This document shows, piece after piece, positions 25,396 through 38,183 of a stretch of 56,827 nt of DNA. The translations under genes and the position numbers were made by a program. Below the pieces are notes generated by a model. That model was not told the DNA's origin and did not search any database. It saw only the letters and a program-made list of their open reading frames with translations. Source of the stretch: Mizuhopecten yessoensis (Eukaryota); NCBI RefSeq assembly GCF_002113885.1, contig NW_018408109.1:1329396-1386222 (forward strand), given 5' to 3'. Numbering within the stretch: the stretch's first letter is position 1; each line of letters opens with the position of its first letter.

Positions 25396-26479
25396 TCTAA
25401 AACCACGGATCCGCTTTGAGATGACCTACGTGTTGCACCATTTGTGCCTGATTGCCACAAAACAATAGCTCAACGATTTCATAAATTGCAACGGCACGAC
25501 CACGCCGCGTAATGAGTTTATTACAAACAAACAAAAAACACATTGCATCCTTAATATACATACTCAAATCAAATCCTATCAGATTCAATGTACATCAACA
25601 TCAATAGCATTACTTAGCTATACTTATCATAATCGCGTATCAGTCTCGTTAAAGTGATACAAAGAGGAAATATCCTCAAAAATTTGGAAAATCTGTGTGA
25701 ACGTTTCGACGTGTTCGCTCTGAATGACCACCTTACACACCCACACGTGCGACGCAAGCACGGACTCTGCATGCTGCCTCATGTGGCACGCATACGACAG
25801 GAGAAAGCAATTTCAGTCTAATTCGTTCCTCAAACGAATGAAATTATATTTATTGTTATTATAGTTACTGAAATACGATTTGGTAAGAAAAACAATGTGT
25901 TCTGTATATGGTCGACGTCATAACCACCAGGGAAATATATTCTTTTCATCTCAAGTGATAATTGTCTGACGGGGAAGACGTCTTGGAATTCTCTCTGCTG
26001 CTATACATATCATTATTTGTAGTAGTACAGTCTTTTTGATGTTTTAATGCAAACATCATCTTTCCATAGTAACTGTTAATTTCAAAGTAATTTTATATAG
26101 AAAAACATCGCTTCCATTGTCGACGATAAGGCTGAATGCCGTTCTTTACATGACAAGCCCTCCGAAAACGTCAACTACATCAAAAGTCCTAATACCTTTC
26201 TGTATATTTCCGTCTTTTGAGCATTTTTTGCCATCTAATTTGTTGACCGTTGTGATATTTCCTCCTGCATCGATTTCATCCAATACTCCTTTGCATTCCT
26301 TTCCCTCTGTGAATCTGTGACCGCAAACAATATTATAGAAATTAATTACATGTATATATATATAACAAGGTAAAGTATTGCAAGTCAATCCATAGTTCCC
26401 CGTCAGTAATAATTTCTGTATTAAACAAACAGTAAACTTATGTCAGAATGTACCTACTGTAAGGAAAGTATCCTGATAC

Positions 26480-27216
26480 ATACTTCTTGCGCTCCACCAT
26501 TCCAAGATGTCCTTGTACACAAAATCGGATTACTACCCCGGACAAACTTTTTCAAAAGTAAAGGTCAAAGGTCAAGGGATAGGTCACAATGACCCAATTA
26601 TTTCAATCTCCACTCCGTCATCACTAGATGTCATTGTACACCAAATCTGCTAATTAGAGGTGAAAAAGTATAGAAGATATGTCTCGGTCAAACATTTTCA
26701 AAGGTGAAGGTCAAAGGTCAAATCTTAGGTAACATGGACCTTCTTTTTGCACTCTGCTATCTGCCATCCCTAGATGTCATTGTACACCAAATCTGGAAAC
26801 TCGAAGTGAAAAAGTATAGAATATATGCACCGGACACACATTATCCAAGGTGAAGTTCAAAGGTTAAGTCTTAGGTAACAGTTACCTAATTCTTGCACTC
26901 TACACTCCGTCACCACAAGATGTCCTTATAAACCACATCTGGTTACTCCAGGTGCAATAGTATAGAAGATATGCCCCGGACAAACCTTTTTCAAAAGTTA
27001 AAGTCAAAGGTCAATACATAGGTCGCAGTGAGGTTATAATGGCCTTCTTCTTGCACTCTGCACTTCGCCATTCAAAGATGTCCTTGCACACCAAATCTGG
27101 TTACTCCAGATGAAATAGTATAGAAGATATGTCCCGGACAAACTTCTCGGACGGACGGGCGGACGGACGGACAACGCAGCCCATACCAATATACGCCCTG
27201 TCGGACGACGGGCGTA
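26480..27216 (+). mobile_element. HINE/pearl-like (Helentron-associated) element with internal array of about 146-bp repeats
   Basis: AGATGTC.TTGTACACCAAATCTG at 26506, 26626, 26772, 26918 and 27076; (CGGA)n microsatellite at about 27148-27172; terminal palindrome CGCCC.GTC..ACGACGGGCG. Confidence 0.82.
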
Positions 27217-28175
27217 GGCGGCGTCATCATAACGTTTCACTTTTATGATGTCTTGTGGCGCTTAATTTATAGGCCGCAACTTTACTCATAAAAAATGATA
27301 TCTAAAACATTTTAATCCTAAAATATGTTAAATAAACTTTCGGTCATCCAAGAGATGAGCCATGTTCCGCCAATACCTTGTTGTGTTATTTTCTCTGAGT
27401 AAACAGAGGTTGCTGTCCTGTAAGGAGGTGTGAGGGTTTATAACTATAGAAGTGCAGTGTAAAAAAAAATGTATCCTATAGCATATTCAGCTTATACAAG
27501 AAATGTAAGATCTTAAATTGGTTATTTGATAGAAACTAAGTTCTTCTAGGAGAACGTTTTTGGAGCCGTTTGACCATTTAAGTTAAAACCTACCTATTAT
27601 TTCTTTATGAGTAGTCTTCTGATATAAAATGCAGTCTCTTCTCCTGGCCACAAACACATACATATGTTGACATTAAAAAGACACTGTAATACTCATAGGA
27701 TGAATATCAAAATCAGCAACAAACTGCAAAAACGTGATACCTTTGAGCATTTGATCAGAAGAGTTAGAAGAGGCAAGCTATAAATTTGGGACTAGACAAA
27801 TTAGACCAAACAAGACCATGTTTTATAGTATACCCTTAACACGTCGTATCGTCAAGTGTGACTGCCATCATCTCGATAGAGACTTAGGGTATCGGTAATA
27901 TAAGGGAGGGTTTATTGTATACAGACCTGTACAAGTGTAGACGTGCCCCCCCCGTCTCTAGAATATGATATAGATATACAATTATTATGAACAGAAAAAT
28001 GATCACTTGGGCGTCTGATCCTATAAGTTCTAAACTATGGGGAGATAAGCTAGTAGTAAAATGCAGTTGAGAAATTCTGGGTCAGGTACAGTGTACATGT
28101 ACTGATATACCCTCTAAGTAGGTCAAGCTGATCGGAAAGGACAGGACATAATTTTATCTACAATCAACATTTAGA

Positions 28176-31100
28176 ATGGCGGACTACAACATGAGACCAG
28201 CTGTAGAGGGTGATTGTGAGGAGATCCTCCGGCTGATACAGGTACGTTAATTAGTAACTAGCTACGGACTGTAGACACGTGCTTGCTTTATATCAGGGCA
28301 ACTCCGTTAGGTACACGGTGACTACACAAAAACATGACCTTTTATTTAAGGACCGGGGTAAATAGCGACACATATACATGCATACATTGTATGTCCCTCT
28401 CTGCACAGAGCAAAAAGTGGGCGTAACTTACCACTGGCACCGATGATGTATTAAGTGTTGTATGTCTCTTTAAAATAAATTATTGAACCACAAATAATTC
28501 ATATTCATTCTGTGGTCTTTAAAATGTGGTTAGATTTTCCCGTCTAATGCCAAATTATGTACCATCAGATGCCTTGCGTTGACGATCTGTATTAAACCAG
28601 TATATATACCGTCGTATAGAGTAGGTTCATTGTATCAAAAGTATACGGAAACGTATGCTGAGATACAAAAGACATGTTAACTACCATGGAATAGAAAGAA
28701 AAAAATACCACTAAATGATATACAGTAAAGTTTAGATCTAATGCCCCTCGTTTAATTTTCCAACTCGTTTACTGCCAACATATTTCAAAGTCCCTTTTTC
28801 TCGTTTTCTTAAGAATTCTTTATTACATCAATGTATTGCAACCCCACCCCACCCCTTATAACGATAAATGGTGGTAGTATAACAAGGTTTTTTAGCGTAA
28901 ACCATTTGTGAATTTTTAGCAAAAATTATAAAAATGTATCGTCTGTTGCAGGAATTAGCTGTCTACGAAAATATGCCGGAGCAAGTGAAGATGACTATTG
29001 AAAGTATGCTTACTGTTTTTGCCTGATTGTGTGAGATGCCGAGGAGCACTTAAGTACCTCTCTACTACTTTATTTTTGCAATAAAACCCCTTAAAAATTA
29101 AATTATTTTTCATAGAATAGAAAGTCTTAAATGTTGTCAACAAATCACAACACGAATACGACGTACGGTCTGGCGTCAATGATACAGATAAAGTTGTTAC
29201 ACAGAAGTGATGACGATGACGATGGAAGCATGTGTGTGACACATGTTTTTGTTTTTATTGTGTGGTTTTTATCAAAACAATGAACGCGCGAATGGTGATA
29301 GCACCAGTAGGGTTCCTGTCGATCGAGACTGATCCCCATCTCTAGAGTGTCTGATCCCATGTTCTCATACTAAGGGGAAATAAGCTATAAAGTAAAATGA
29401 GGGTGAACGGGTGGCGCAGTGGATAGCACACTTGCCTTTCACCAAGGCGGCCGGGGTTCGATCGGACTTGAAAAGGTATGGGTCACCTGCCCGACTACGT
29501 GGGTTTTCTCCAGGTACTCTGGTTTCCTACCACAGTAAGACACCCCCCCTCCCCGCGCGCTAACCCCCGGGCCAACAAGAGTTATTGGCATAAGTTGTAA
29601 ACACTGGTTTCATGATTGTTGTTGAATAAGTCTGTACATTATCATTTAAACTTTCCCCCTTACAGAGCTGAGAAGAGATGGTTTCGGCGAGCAGAAATTT
29701 TTCCATTGTCTTGTTGTTGAGGATACTACTGCGAAAAGTAAGATACCATTAAACTTATTTGTGGCTTTAAAAGGTTATAATATTGTCATTAATGATAGAG
29801 TTGGTTATATGATACTTTACTTTGATTGCAAATATGAATTGAAGACTAGGTAGAAAATTAATAGACTGTGTTTTGAAATAAACCCCTGCATGATCCAAAT
29901 GTATGTCGTCAGAGCCGATTAATGGGAGGTCCTTTGCAACATGGGGGGTTTTCTTCGCTGTTTTCTACTTACAGGACATAAAAGAAACCACAGTTGATCT
30001 GCGGTTCCCCTTGCAATAATAATATTTATGAAACCTCCTGTGGAATAGGGGATTGCGGGTTCTACCATGTGCCCTTCAGGAGGACACATACAACGCAAAA
30101 AAATAAGCTAATGCTTAAGTTACAACACTTCAAAAACCTACTTCCCTCACTTACACATCTTACATTTTTGCTTAGTTTCTTAGTCATACTAGTCTTGTAT
30201 AGTCTAGAGCCCGCTGTCAGAATAACATGACAAAGGACTAACCAACGGCATAGCTCATGTATGTCCAGGGAAAGGGAAAGAGAAGGCCTGCTGTATATCA
30301 TACATGCTGTAGGAGGCGACTGATGTGGGGCCCGATCGGAATATAGCGTATTTTCCTACTTAGAGAATATGGGAGAGACCAGCATTGATCTGCTGCCATT
30401 ATTACAACACTTCGGATCTTTTTTCTATTCTCTCTGAGCTACTTTTACTTTACGACGGTGTCTCCCTAGGCAACCCTCCTCATTCAATTCTGGCTGTCAC
30501 CAGGACGTAAAACCATATCAAACAAACAAACAAATAAAGTTTTGAAATATTTTTTTTCTTTTCTGCTAAGCTTTCTTTATTCATGCAGGATAGCACGGTT
30601 CAGTAGAAAAGACATTTTTTTTTAATTAATAATTTTATTGTATAAAGAACCAAATGTTGGCTTAATAGTTATCTCCCGTAGAAAAAAAAATCGAAAAGGA
30701 AGACATTTATAGCGTGCAAATTACAGCTAATGTCTGTCAGTTTTATAAGTATGTGTATAATTGTTAGGTCCATCATAATACTGAGCATGTGCTATTTTGT
30801 AACAATTATTACTAAAGTTACATTATTTAGAATCAATTATTAGTATGACTTACCATTTTGTAACAATGGTTACATTGCTCATAGGCATAAAGTACGGCGG
30901 GTTAACACTACATATATACATTATAGGGAAAGAAATCAATGCATATAATACGAGTATTTATTACATACTTACTAATAAATACGTTTTTTTTTTGAATATG
31001 CGATACGACACAATTGCTCTAACCCATATCAGCCCTCGCCGTATCACACCCCAAAACCCGTATCAGCCCCCGCCGTATCACACCCCAAAACCCATATCAG

Positions 31101-32805
31101 CCCGCAAAACCCATATCACACCCCATTCGGAAAAAAAAATCATTTTTCAATATTTCAAAAATGAAAATAAATCATAAGATAGTAGTTTTTATTAGTAAGT
31201 ATGTAATAAACAGAATAAAACACGCCTTTTTCCATATCACACCCAGTATCAACCCGAGACTGCAATATCAGCCCGCGGGCCGATATGGAAAAAGGCGTGT
31301 ATTATTCTCTATATAATGTATACGTATGTCGTAGGAACCCTCCCAGAATCAGAAACTTTCTTCTTTGTCCGCTGTTGAGAAAGAAGAACATTGCAATAGT
31401 TGGGATATTTGTTTTTTTCAATCTCTAACCCTTTACTAGTTAAAACCAAACACACGGGTCTCTTGGCATACGAACTGTTTGTTTACCCATTTCTACCGCC
31501 GATACTTAAGAGTCCCTGTTCCACTGCAGGCAGATCACTAGAGAGTTCCACTGAAGTTTTGTGGTATTTACGTATACCGTAACCAGTAACTGTAGCGTGA
31601 GTTGGGCCAGATAGCGCAGTTACATGTAGTTAGAGCGACAGTATAACGTTTTGAAGTTCAGGGTTCGAATCCTACATTTAGTACACATGTATAGCAGCGC
31701 TGATATTTTAAACACCTAACGCTGTTGTTGATTTACATTTTGTATCTTTCATCTTACATTTTTTTTTAAATTTAATAGTCCTGTAAGGTATGTTTTTCTT
31801 TTTCCGAAATTATGTGTGAAAGCTGTAGTTATGGCGGGAAAACAGTTCTAAAATACAGTTACGGTTTTTCGTAATGGAACAGGGATCCTTAAATGATAAT
31901 CCTAAAAGCATAATTATCCGAGCTGATAAAAATCGTTGCAGCTCCAGAAGGCAAAGCTTTCCTGTGGGGGTACGCCCTGTACTACTTCACCTACTCCACG
32001 TGGGAGGGGCGTGTCATGTACCTCGAGGATTTGTACATGTCACCGACCTACAGGGGGCGTGGCACAGGCACCAAACTTTTTCAAGCAGTAACACAGGTAC
32101 AATCTGGCTTTTTAATCTTTTTCTGTGATTCATTTGACATTCTGAATATAACTTCAATGCATTCACCCTGTAATTTCATAATGAACTATTCCAACTTTTG
32201 AAAAGGAAGAGTTCAAATGTGTTTTTAGGGGTAAATGAGTTGAGTTTTCAACTAGCACTACTGTAGGAGGCTATGTGTTTGCACTATGTGTATATATTCT
32301 GTCTTCGCTTTTGTCCAAAATGTATAAATCTCAGGCATACAGTCGATTTCATTTTCTCTTCAATCTGTTAAAAAATTTGGTAAGGAGGTATATATAGAGA
32401 TTGCGGAACGCCTTTTAATGAATGAAGGTAACTGTGACCTAATTTATTGAAACTATGATTGTTCCACAATCAATTGCCTTGTTATATTGTAGTTGCCGAC
32501 ATTAAACACGACGCTGAACAAGTAAACAAAATAGCATTGCCTGTTTCATTTCTGAAAATTACGTGAATATAATTTGTGAGATTACTTTTTGCATCGATAT
32601 AATTGTATTGATATCGATTCTCTGTTTGAGTTAGGTTGGTGTAGAAAAGGATTGTCAGAGGATGCAGTGGGTGGTCCTCAACTGGAACAAACCATCTATA
32701 GATTTCTACAAGTCACGAGGAGCATGGGACGTCACTGCCAAGGAGAACTGGAATATATTCCGAATGGACCGACCGGAGTTGGAACAGCTATCTAAGGCAA
32801 ACTAA
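28176..32805 (+). CDS. SAT2: Diamine/thialysine N-acetyltransferase (SAT1/SAT2-like GNAT), copy 1, 171 aa
   Basis: Exons 28176-28241, 28952-29003, 29666-29737, 31942-32096, 32635-32805, all GT-AG and in phase; ELAVYE, DGFG, YSTWEG, YLEDLY, YRGRGTG (acetyl-CoA motif), WNKPSIDFYK. Confidence 0.95.
29405..29630 (+). mobile_element. tRNA-derived V-domain SINE in SAT copy 1 intron 2
   Basis: A box GGTGGCGCAGTGG, B box GGTTCGATC, core GTGGGTTTTCTCCAGGTACTCTGGTTTCC. Confidence 0.88.
29880..30536 (+). mobile_element. Degenerate SINE/LINE 3' portion with (CAAA)n tail
   Basis: GTAGGAGGCGACTGA motif at about 30310; ends GGACGTAAAACCATATCAAACAAACAAACAAA; similar tail at about 18030-18105. Confidence 0.45.
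30955..31312. mobile_element. Double-palindrome non-autonomous element (Crypton-like architecture)
   Basis: TTTATTACATACTTACTAATAAA ... TTTATTAGTAAGTATGTAATAAA inverted pair, then ACACGCCTTTTTCCATATC ... GATATGGAAAAAGGCGTGT; internal CCCATATCAGCCC repeats. Confidence 0.7.
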
Positions 32806-34249
32806 TATACCGGTCTTTAGGTCAAGAACATTTGTAAGCGTTGATCTTGGACGTGCTGGATACGCACACTAGTGCTCGGAACCGTCTATTCAGACAGTTT
32901 TCCTATATAATTAATCAATGGAAAATTATCTCTTTATGTAATAAGGTGGCAAAAATATCTAAACATCTCTACGTCATTTTAACTTAAGAACATTTAATTC
33001 GTAAACATGAAATAAAAACTTTAGAATTGCTGATAGGACTTTTTTGATCAATAGAAATATTTTATAAATGCCTATATATAATAAAAGATATTATACATTA
33101 ATGTAACTATCGCTTACAAGATTTTACCGACTGTTTGTACATGTATCTTTTCTATATGAATAGTATCTTATGAATTTCAATGATAACATGACAGAGTTCT
33201 TGCTACGTGGTAAATTTATTATTTATATTACAATGCACAGCTGTAAGTTAAGTACTTAATATAATATCATATTATATTTCGAAATGTTTATATCTGGGTT
33301 TTTTTCACTTTCATTCAACAATACTTTATTAAAAACTATGTATCACATTTTGTTTACTATATAAACAACATTATTACGATATCGGTAAAACAAACAAACA
33401 AACATATGCAGAAGGAGTAACAAGAACACGGATTAAAAAGCTGTACAAGGATGAGCAACAGATGAATTCAAAAGGGGAAAAAGATATTAAAAATATAGAA
33501 CAAATATCACTCCAGATCCCAATATTTCGGCCTCCTAGCCGCTTCCAGGGCGAAAGACAGATTGATTCAAGTTACTTTCATTTCCCTTGTTTTAAGTCCG
33601 TCATTTTCTCTACTCCCGAAAAAAAGCAAGATGGACGTTACTTGAATTTATCGTTGACTAGGAGGCCAGGAGGTGGAAATATTGGGATTTAGAGTGACAT
33701 TTGTTCTGTTTGTACATGGATTGTTCTACAGCCAACCAATATTCAGCTGTATCTAGATTCATTGCCATATTAATAATTTAAGTAATTTAAAAAAAAGTGC
33801 ATAATTTGTATGCTGTGTTTTTTTAACCGGAAGTGGTCATGTCGTTTACAGTTGCTATCCCTGTCCCACTGCACTTTCTTTAGTGAACTTCCGTTGTCCA
33901 GTTAGCTTAAACGGTTAGAACTATAGTATAACAACAGCTGAAGACCAGGGGTTAGATCCCGGGTTAGCCTCACTTAACTCTATGCACTCAAAACACTCTT
34001 GTTGATAACAGTTTGTTTGTTTTATCTTTCCTATTTTTCATAAAAGTCCCGCAAGGTACGGATTATTTTTGTAATAAATATCAGCTCTATCGTCATGCCG
34101 GCATTACAGTTTTTGGCAGTGATGCGGAGATTTTAAACAAAGTATCAATGATTCAATGCGTCGTGATCCTATAAGGAAGCTTGACACGATACTGCCATGT
34201 CCATGTAAACCTTCTCTCTGTTTCACAAGCATTACTTCTGCGTGGATGC

Positions 34250-34645
34250 TTTGTTTGGTTTAGTATTGTAAAACGTCCTATCAACAGCTATGGTCATTTA
34301 AGGACGGCCTCCCCTGTGTGCAAGATTCATGCGTGTAGTGTATGCGTGTGTGTTTTGGGGGATTGCGATTTGTTCGTGTTTGTCTCCTTGTGATAGCGCG
34401 GAACTGATGCCGGCTTTATAGTGTTACCTCACTGAAACATACTGCCGAAGACACCCAGCAGGACACCCCACCCGGTCACATTATACTGACAACGGGCGAA
34501 TCAGTCGTCCGACTCCTACATTGCTGAGCGTTAAGCGGGAGTAGAAACTACCATTTTAACAGACTCTGTTATGTCTCGGCCTGGGGACAGAACCCCAAAA
34601 GCCTTCCCCACAGGGGCGAACGCTCAACTACAGGCCAAACGTGAG
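34250..34645 (-). mobile_element. tRNA-derived SINE with Meta-like domain (reverse orientation)
   Basis: Minus strand reads GGCCTGTAGTTGAGCGTTCGCC head, CAGTATAATGTGACCGGGTGGGGTGTC core, and GATAGGACGTTTTACAATACTAAACCAAAC tail. Confidence 0.75.
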
Positions 34646-35144
34646 GCATTGGCAAAGGAGACTTTAGGAAGAAGAAAGTTGTTTAGAAAGAAGAGTAAAG
34701 ATAAGACCCCAAATTTAGTCGCCTCTTACGATCATGCAATGGGGGCAGTAGTTACACTTATTACGCCCTACCTGCAGGGACCCTGCGTGGATGTTAATAA
34801 GGTGAAATGTGATAGTGCCAACTAGATCCCTTGGCCTGTACAATTACCAAAAAACTGTCGCGAAATGTTAATTCTTTTTACAGTTATATCAAAACGGAAT
34901 TTAAGGGGAGGTAACAGTATATTCGAAAATCCACAGCGCAGTGAGGCAGGGATCTCTAACTGTATTGAAAAGAATGCGCATCAAATATGGTAATGCGGTC
35001 GGTGGCTAACTACAAGAGGTTTTTGTTCAAAACAAATTGGCATACCTTTGAAAAGCATGTCAAATTGTAGAGGAAAAACAAAGTTATTGGATGTTCAAGT
35101 AGATCAGACGCACACTGCTTGGTGATGCCTCAAACACAGAACCG

Positions 35145-35325
35145 TACTGTATTCCGGGAAATTATTGCCCAGTCAATCTTTCGCCCTTCGATCATGAAAT
35201 CAATAGTCACCCAGTGATAGTTTCAACCTTCACTGTGAACTAATGTTCGCTGTAATGATTTGCCCTCATCACGAATGGCGAAAAGGCGAAAATTAAATTG
35301 CAGCGAAAATTTTCCGGTATACAGT
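35145..35325. mobile_element. MITE family A (TA-flanked, CTGTA...TACAG ends)
   Basis: TACTGTATTCCGGGAAAT ... ATTTCCGGTATACAGTA inverted termini. Confidence 0.8.
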
Positions 35326-35958
35326 ACATACTAAGACGTGACAAATAATAGCTGTAAACATATGTATCTTGATCATGTGTAAAATGAGATTCGTGCTCAA
35401 TATATTTTCAAGTCTATTGTATCAATTTTATCCATTGTAGACGCACTAACTCTATTATGCATGGTTGGATATACACTACTGATGCCTGCAACAAATTGGT
35501 CTAAATGTGACGAGGGAATTGACTGTATCACGTTATTTAACGTTATTTCGTTTGCTTTGCGATATGAAAGTCGACGTTTTTTTTTACAACTGTCAGTAGT
35601 ATGTCTTGATGTCACCACCCGACTTACACTTTATCAATATGATGACGTGACATTTCTTGGATTGTACCTAGATTGAATGGCAAGTGTCGTCGATGAAGCA
35701 AAAACCCTCACCCTTCCGGAACACCTGGTCTGAATATCCTTGTTGTGATTTCAACGGTATCCTTGCAAATCTTTTCTTCATTCATATTTTGCTTTGTGGT
35801 TTTGTTGATTCAGCTGTAATTTCTTGTTTTTACATGTACATGTATATACTAAAAGGAACACAGTTTAAACCTGAAACAGATCTACACAACTAGCGGCTTA
35901 GCTAGTCCTTGGTCGGAGTAGTAGATTCTTTTATGAGAGCGGAGGGCCCTGGAAGCCC

Positions 35959-36002
35959 NNNNNNNNNNNNNNNNNNNNNNNNNNNNNNNNNNNNNNNNNN
36001 NN
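35959..36002. other. Assembly gap (44 N)
   Basis: Run of N. Confidence 1.
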
Positions 36003-37403
36003 TCTGCAATAACATCAAGATTTTCATTGTATTTGGAATTTGGATCAGAATATATTATTTCTGAAGACATATTCAGTATGCCACAGGCAGTGGTTTTTTT
36101 TTATGTTTTTCGTTTTGTTTTTTGCTTCTTTTTTATATGGCGGATTCGTCAGCATATAATAATATATATAAGCGACTACGCGCCAGTACACAACACACGT
36201 ATTTGTAAGTTACCTGACTTTTATTGTAATATTTTTTACTAAAGAAATGGGCATTTTGGCAAGATTTTTGCTATATATCTTGAACTTAAAATTCATACCA
36301 CGTACGTACGCGTCCTGTTAAAGGAACAAAAATGAGTTATTTTTTAGGAGATTCTGTGTGTATCTAAAAATCAACATAACGAATATGATATGTATGAAGA
36401 TGAAATTCTTTATGAAAGTCGCATCGATGCAAAATTTAAGATCACTTATCACTGCATCCTCGATATCCAGGGGTTACGCCCACTTTTGCTCTCTACAACC
36501 CTCGAATATGTCATAGCAAACTTGATGGCACGAAGATAGCTGTTCGATTGGTCTCAGGTAAAAATTCCTGACCAATCGCTCGGCATCACCTGTCCTTTGA
36601 AGATTATAAGGGAGAGACGCCCGACTTCAAAGCCTGTCGATTGTTACCGTTACGTGACGGCGAGATTCTTTTGATGTACATAAAAGGGTCGAACTAGTTT
36701 TCTTGTCTTATTAACAAGAGGATCACACTGAGCCTTTATCAAAGACACAAACAACGCAAACACCAAATTAGCTACTATGATATTTTTATTTTTTAAGGTT
36801 TGGCGATTATATGGCCACGGCTTCATACAGATGTGGTTACCGACTCTAAATTAGAGTCATAGGGCAAACCAAACTTAGATAACTGCAGATCAACTTGATC
36901 AAACTTGTGCAAAATTGCAAAACTTGGGACAATTGAAATAAGGACAAATAAAGTGAACACTGGGAACAGATGTACACCCCATTTTCCCCACTTTACCAAT
37001 TACTTATTTGACAATAGTTGGTCCCATTAGAAATATTTGTAATTTAAGTGAACACTGGGAACAGCTGTACACTTCAAATTAATTATGCTATTAAATTGCA
37101 AATACAATTTGTGAACTTCACAAACTTATTTAAAGTGAAACTGTTCATTGAATGACAACTGGTCAATATGGTAAAAAATTTCACTGAAGCGGTACTGGTG
37201 TTGCCTCAAAAGACCGCCACATGGCAATGCCTGCAGTCACACAAAAAGGTAGCAGGCATAGCCAACGCCACCATACCGCAAAATTCAAATTAAACATCAG
37301 ACACCCGCTACTACTGTGAGGACAAGCAACTCAGTAGTAAGACTGGGCACCTCATGCCGCCACAGCCAAATAATCGTAATCGCAATTCAAACCTGACAAC
37401 AAT

Positions 37404-38018
37404 TTAGATATCAATACTTTTTGAAAGAATATTGCCAAGATCCTGCTGCAAATGATACAAAAACATTTCATTGCCTAACTCGGACAGATGGACCTTGTCC
37501 ATAAAAAGATCAGGGCAATCTTCCCGTATCTCAGGGTATCTAATATAACTGCCTCCTATGGCTGTGAAATGACTGGCCACTTTGCTATTGACCCTCACCC
37601 TGGCCCTATCAACAGCCACATGAACAATTTCATTTCGCCACTCCAACCGAGGTAAAATTTGTGACCAAACAAATTTTGTCTCTGGCATCAACTTCATCAA
37701 ACTGTCCATTGTTTTTAATATAGAGTGGCGGAGGTCACAACTCACTAGTTGCCCAAGATCATTCCCACCACAGTGAATCACCATAATGTGGGGGGTGTCC
37801 TCGACCGTCAGCAGATGTCTAACGAAAGGCTCCAGTTCTCTCCAACGCAGACCACCTTTCCCTTGCCACCATACACTGGCATGGTAGCGGCTCAGCCCAA
37901 GATTTACTCCATCCCCTGACTTCCTTGCATGGAAAAAGGCCCTTTTCACTAATGAGGACCCCACGATCCAAATACGGTTTCTGACATCTGAAAGTCTTAA
38001 ACTGACAATCAGATGCAA
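37404..38018 (-). CDS. SGNH/GDSL hydrolase-like ORF of the Ngaro-type element
   Basis: IWIVGSSLV (block I), WQGKGG (block II), IHCGGNDL (block III), DKVHLS (block V); uninterrupted 204 codons, no ATG before block I. Confidence 0.85.
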   Translation of the reverse strand: MHLIVSLRLSDVRNRIWIVGSSLVKRAFFHARKSGDGVNLGLSRYHASVWWQGKGGLRWRELEPFVRHLLTVEDTPHIMVIHCGGNDLGQLVSCDLRHSILKTMDSLMKLMPETKFVWSQILPRLEWRNEIVHVAVDRARVRVNSKVASHFTAIGGSYIRYPEIREDCPDLFMDKVHLSELGNEMFLYHLQQDLGNILSKSIDI

Positions 38019-38183
38019 AGCTGACAGGTGATCTCTAGAAAATTTAACTAAAATAAACTGTAGAAATACATTTATACACTTGCCTTGGTAGCTCCAAAAT
38101 ACATTTAAAATATTTTAAATTGATACAATGCTGAGTAATGTTCACCCAGACTACTGCAAGGTACTGTATGAGTCTTACAAGCC

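Noticed and set aside
26000-26400. Coding-looking minus-strand stretch (CGHRFTEGKECKGVLDEIDAGG...)
   Set aside because: No motif I recognise, stops on both sides and no convincing exon partners; a BLASTX search would be needed.
35640-35830. Penelope-like 3' fragment (ACCCTTCCGGAACACCTGG)
   Set aside because: Only a short recalled motif; too degenerate to delimit without a repeat-library search.
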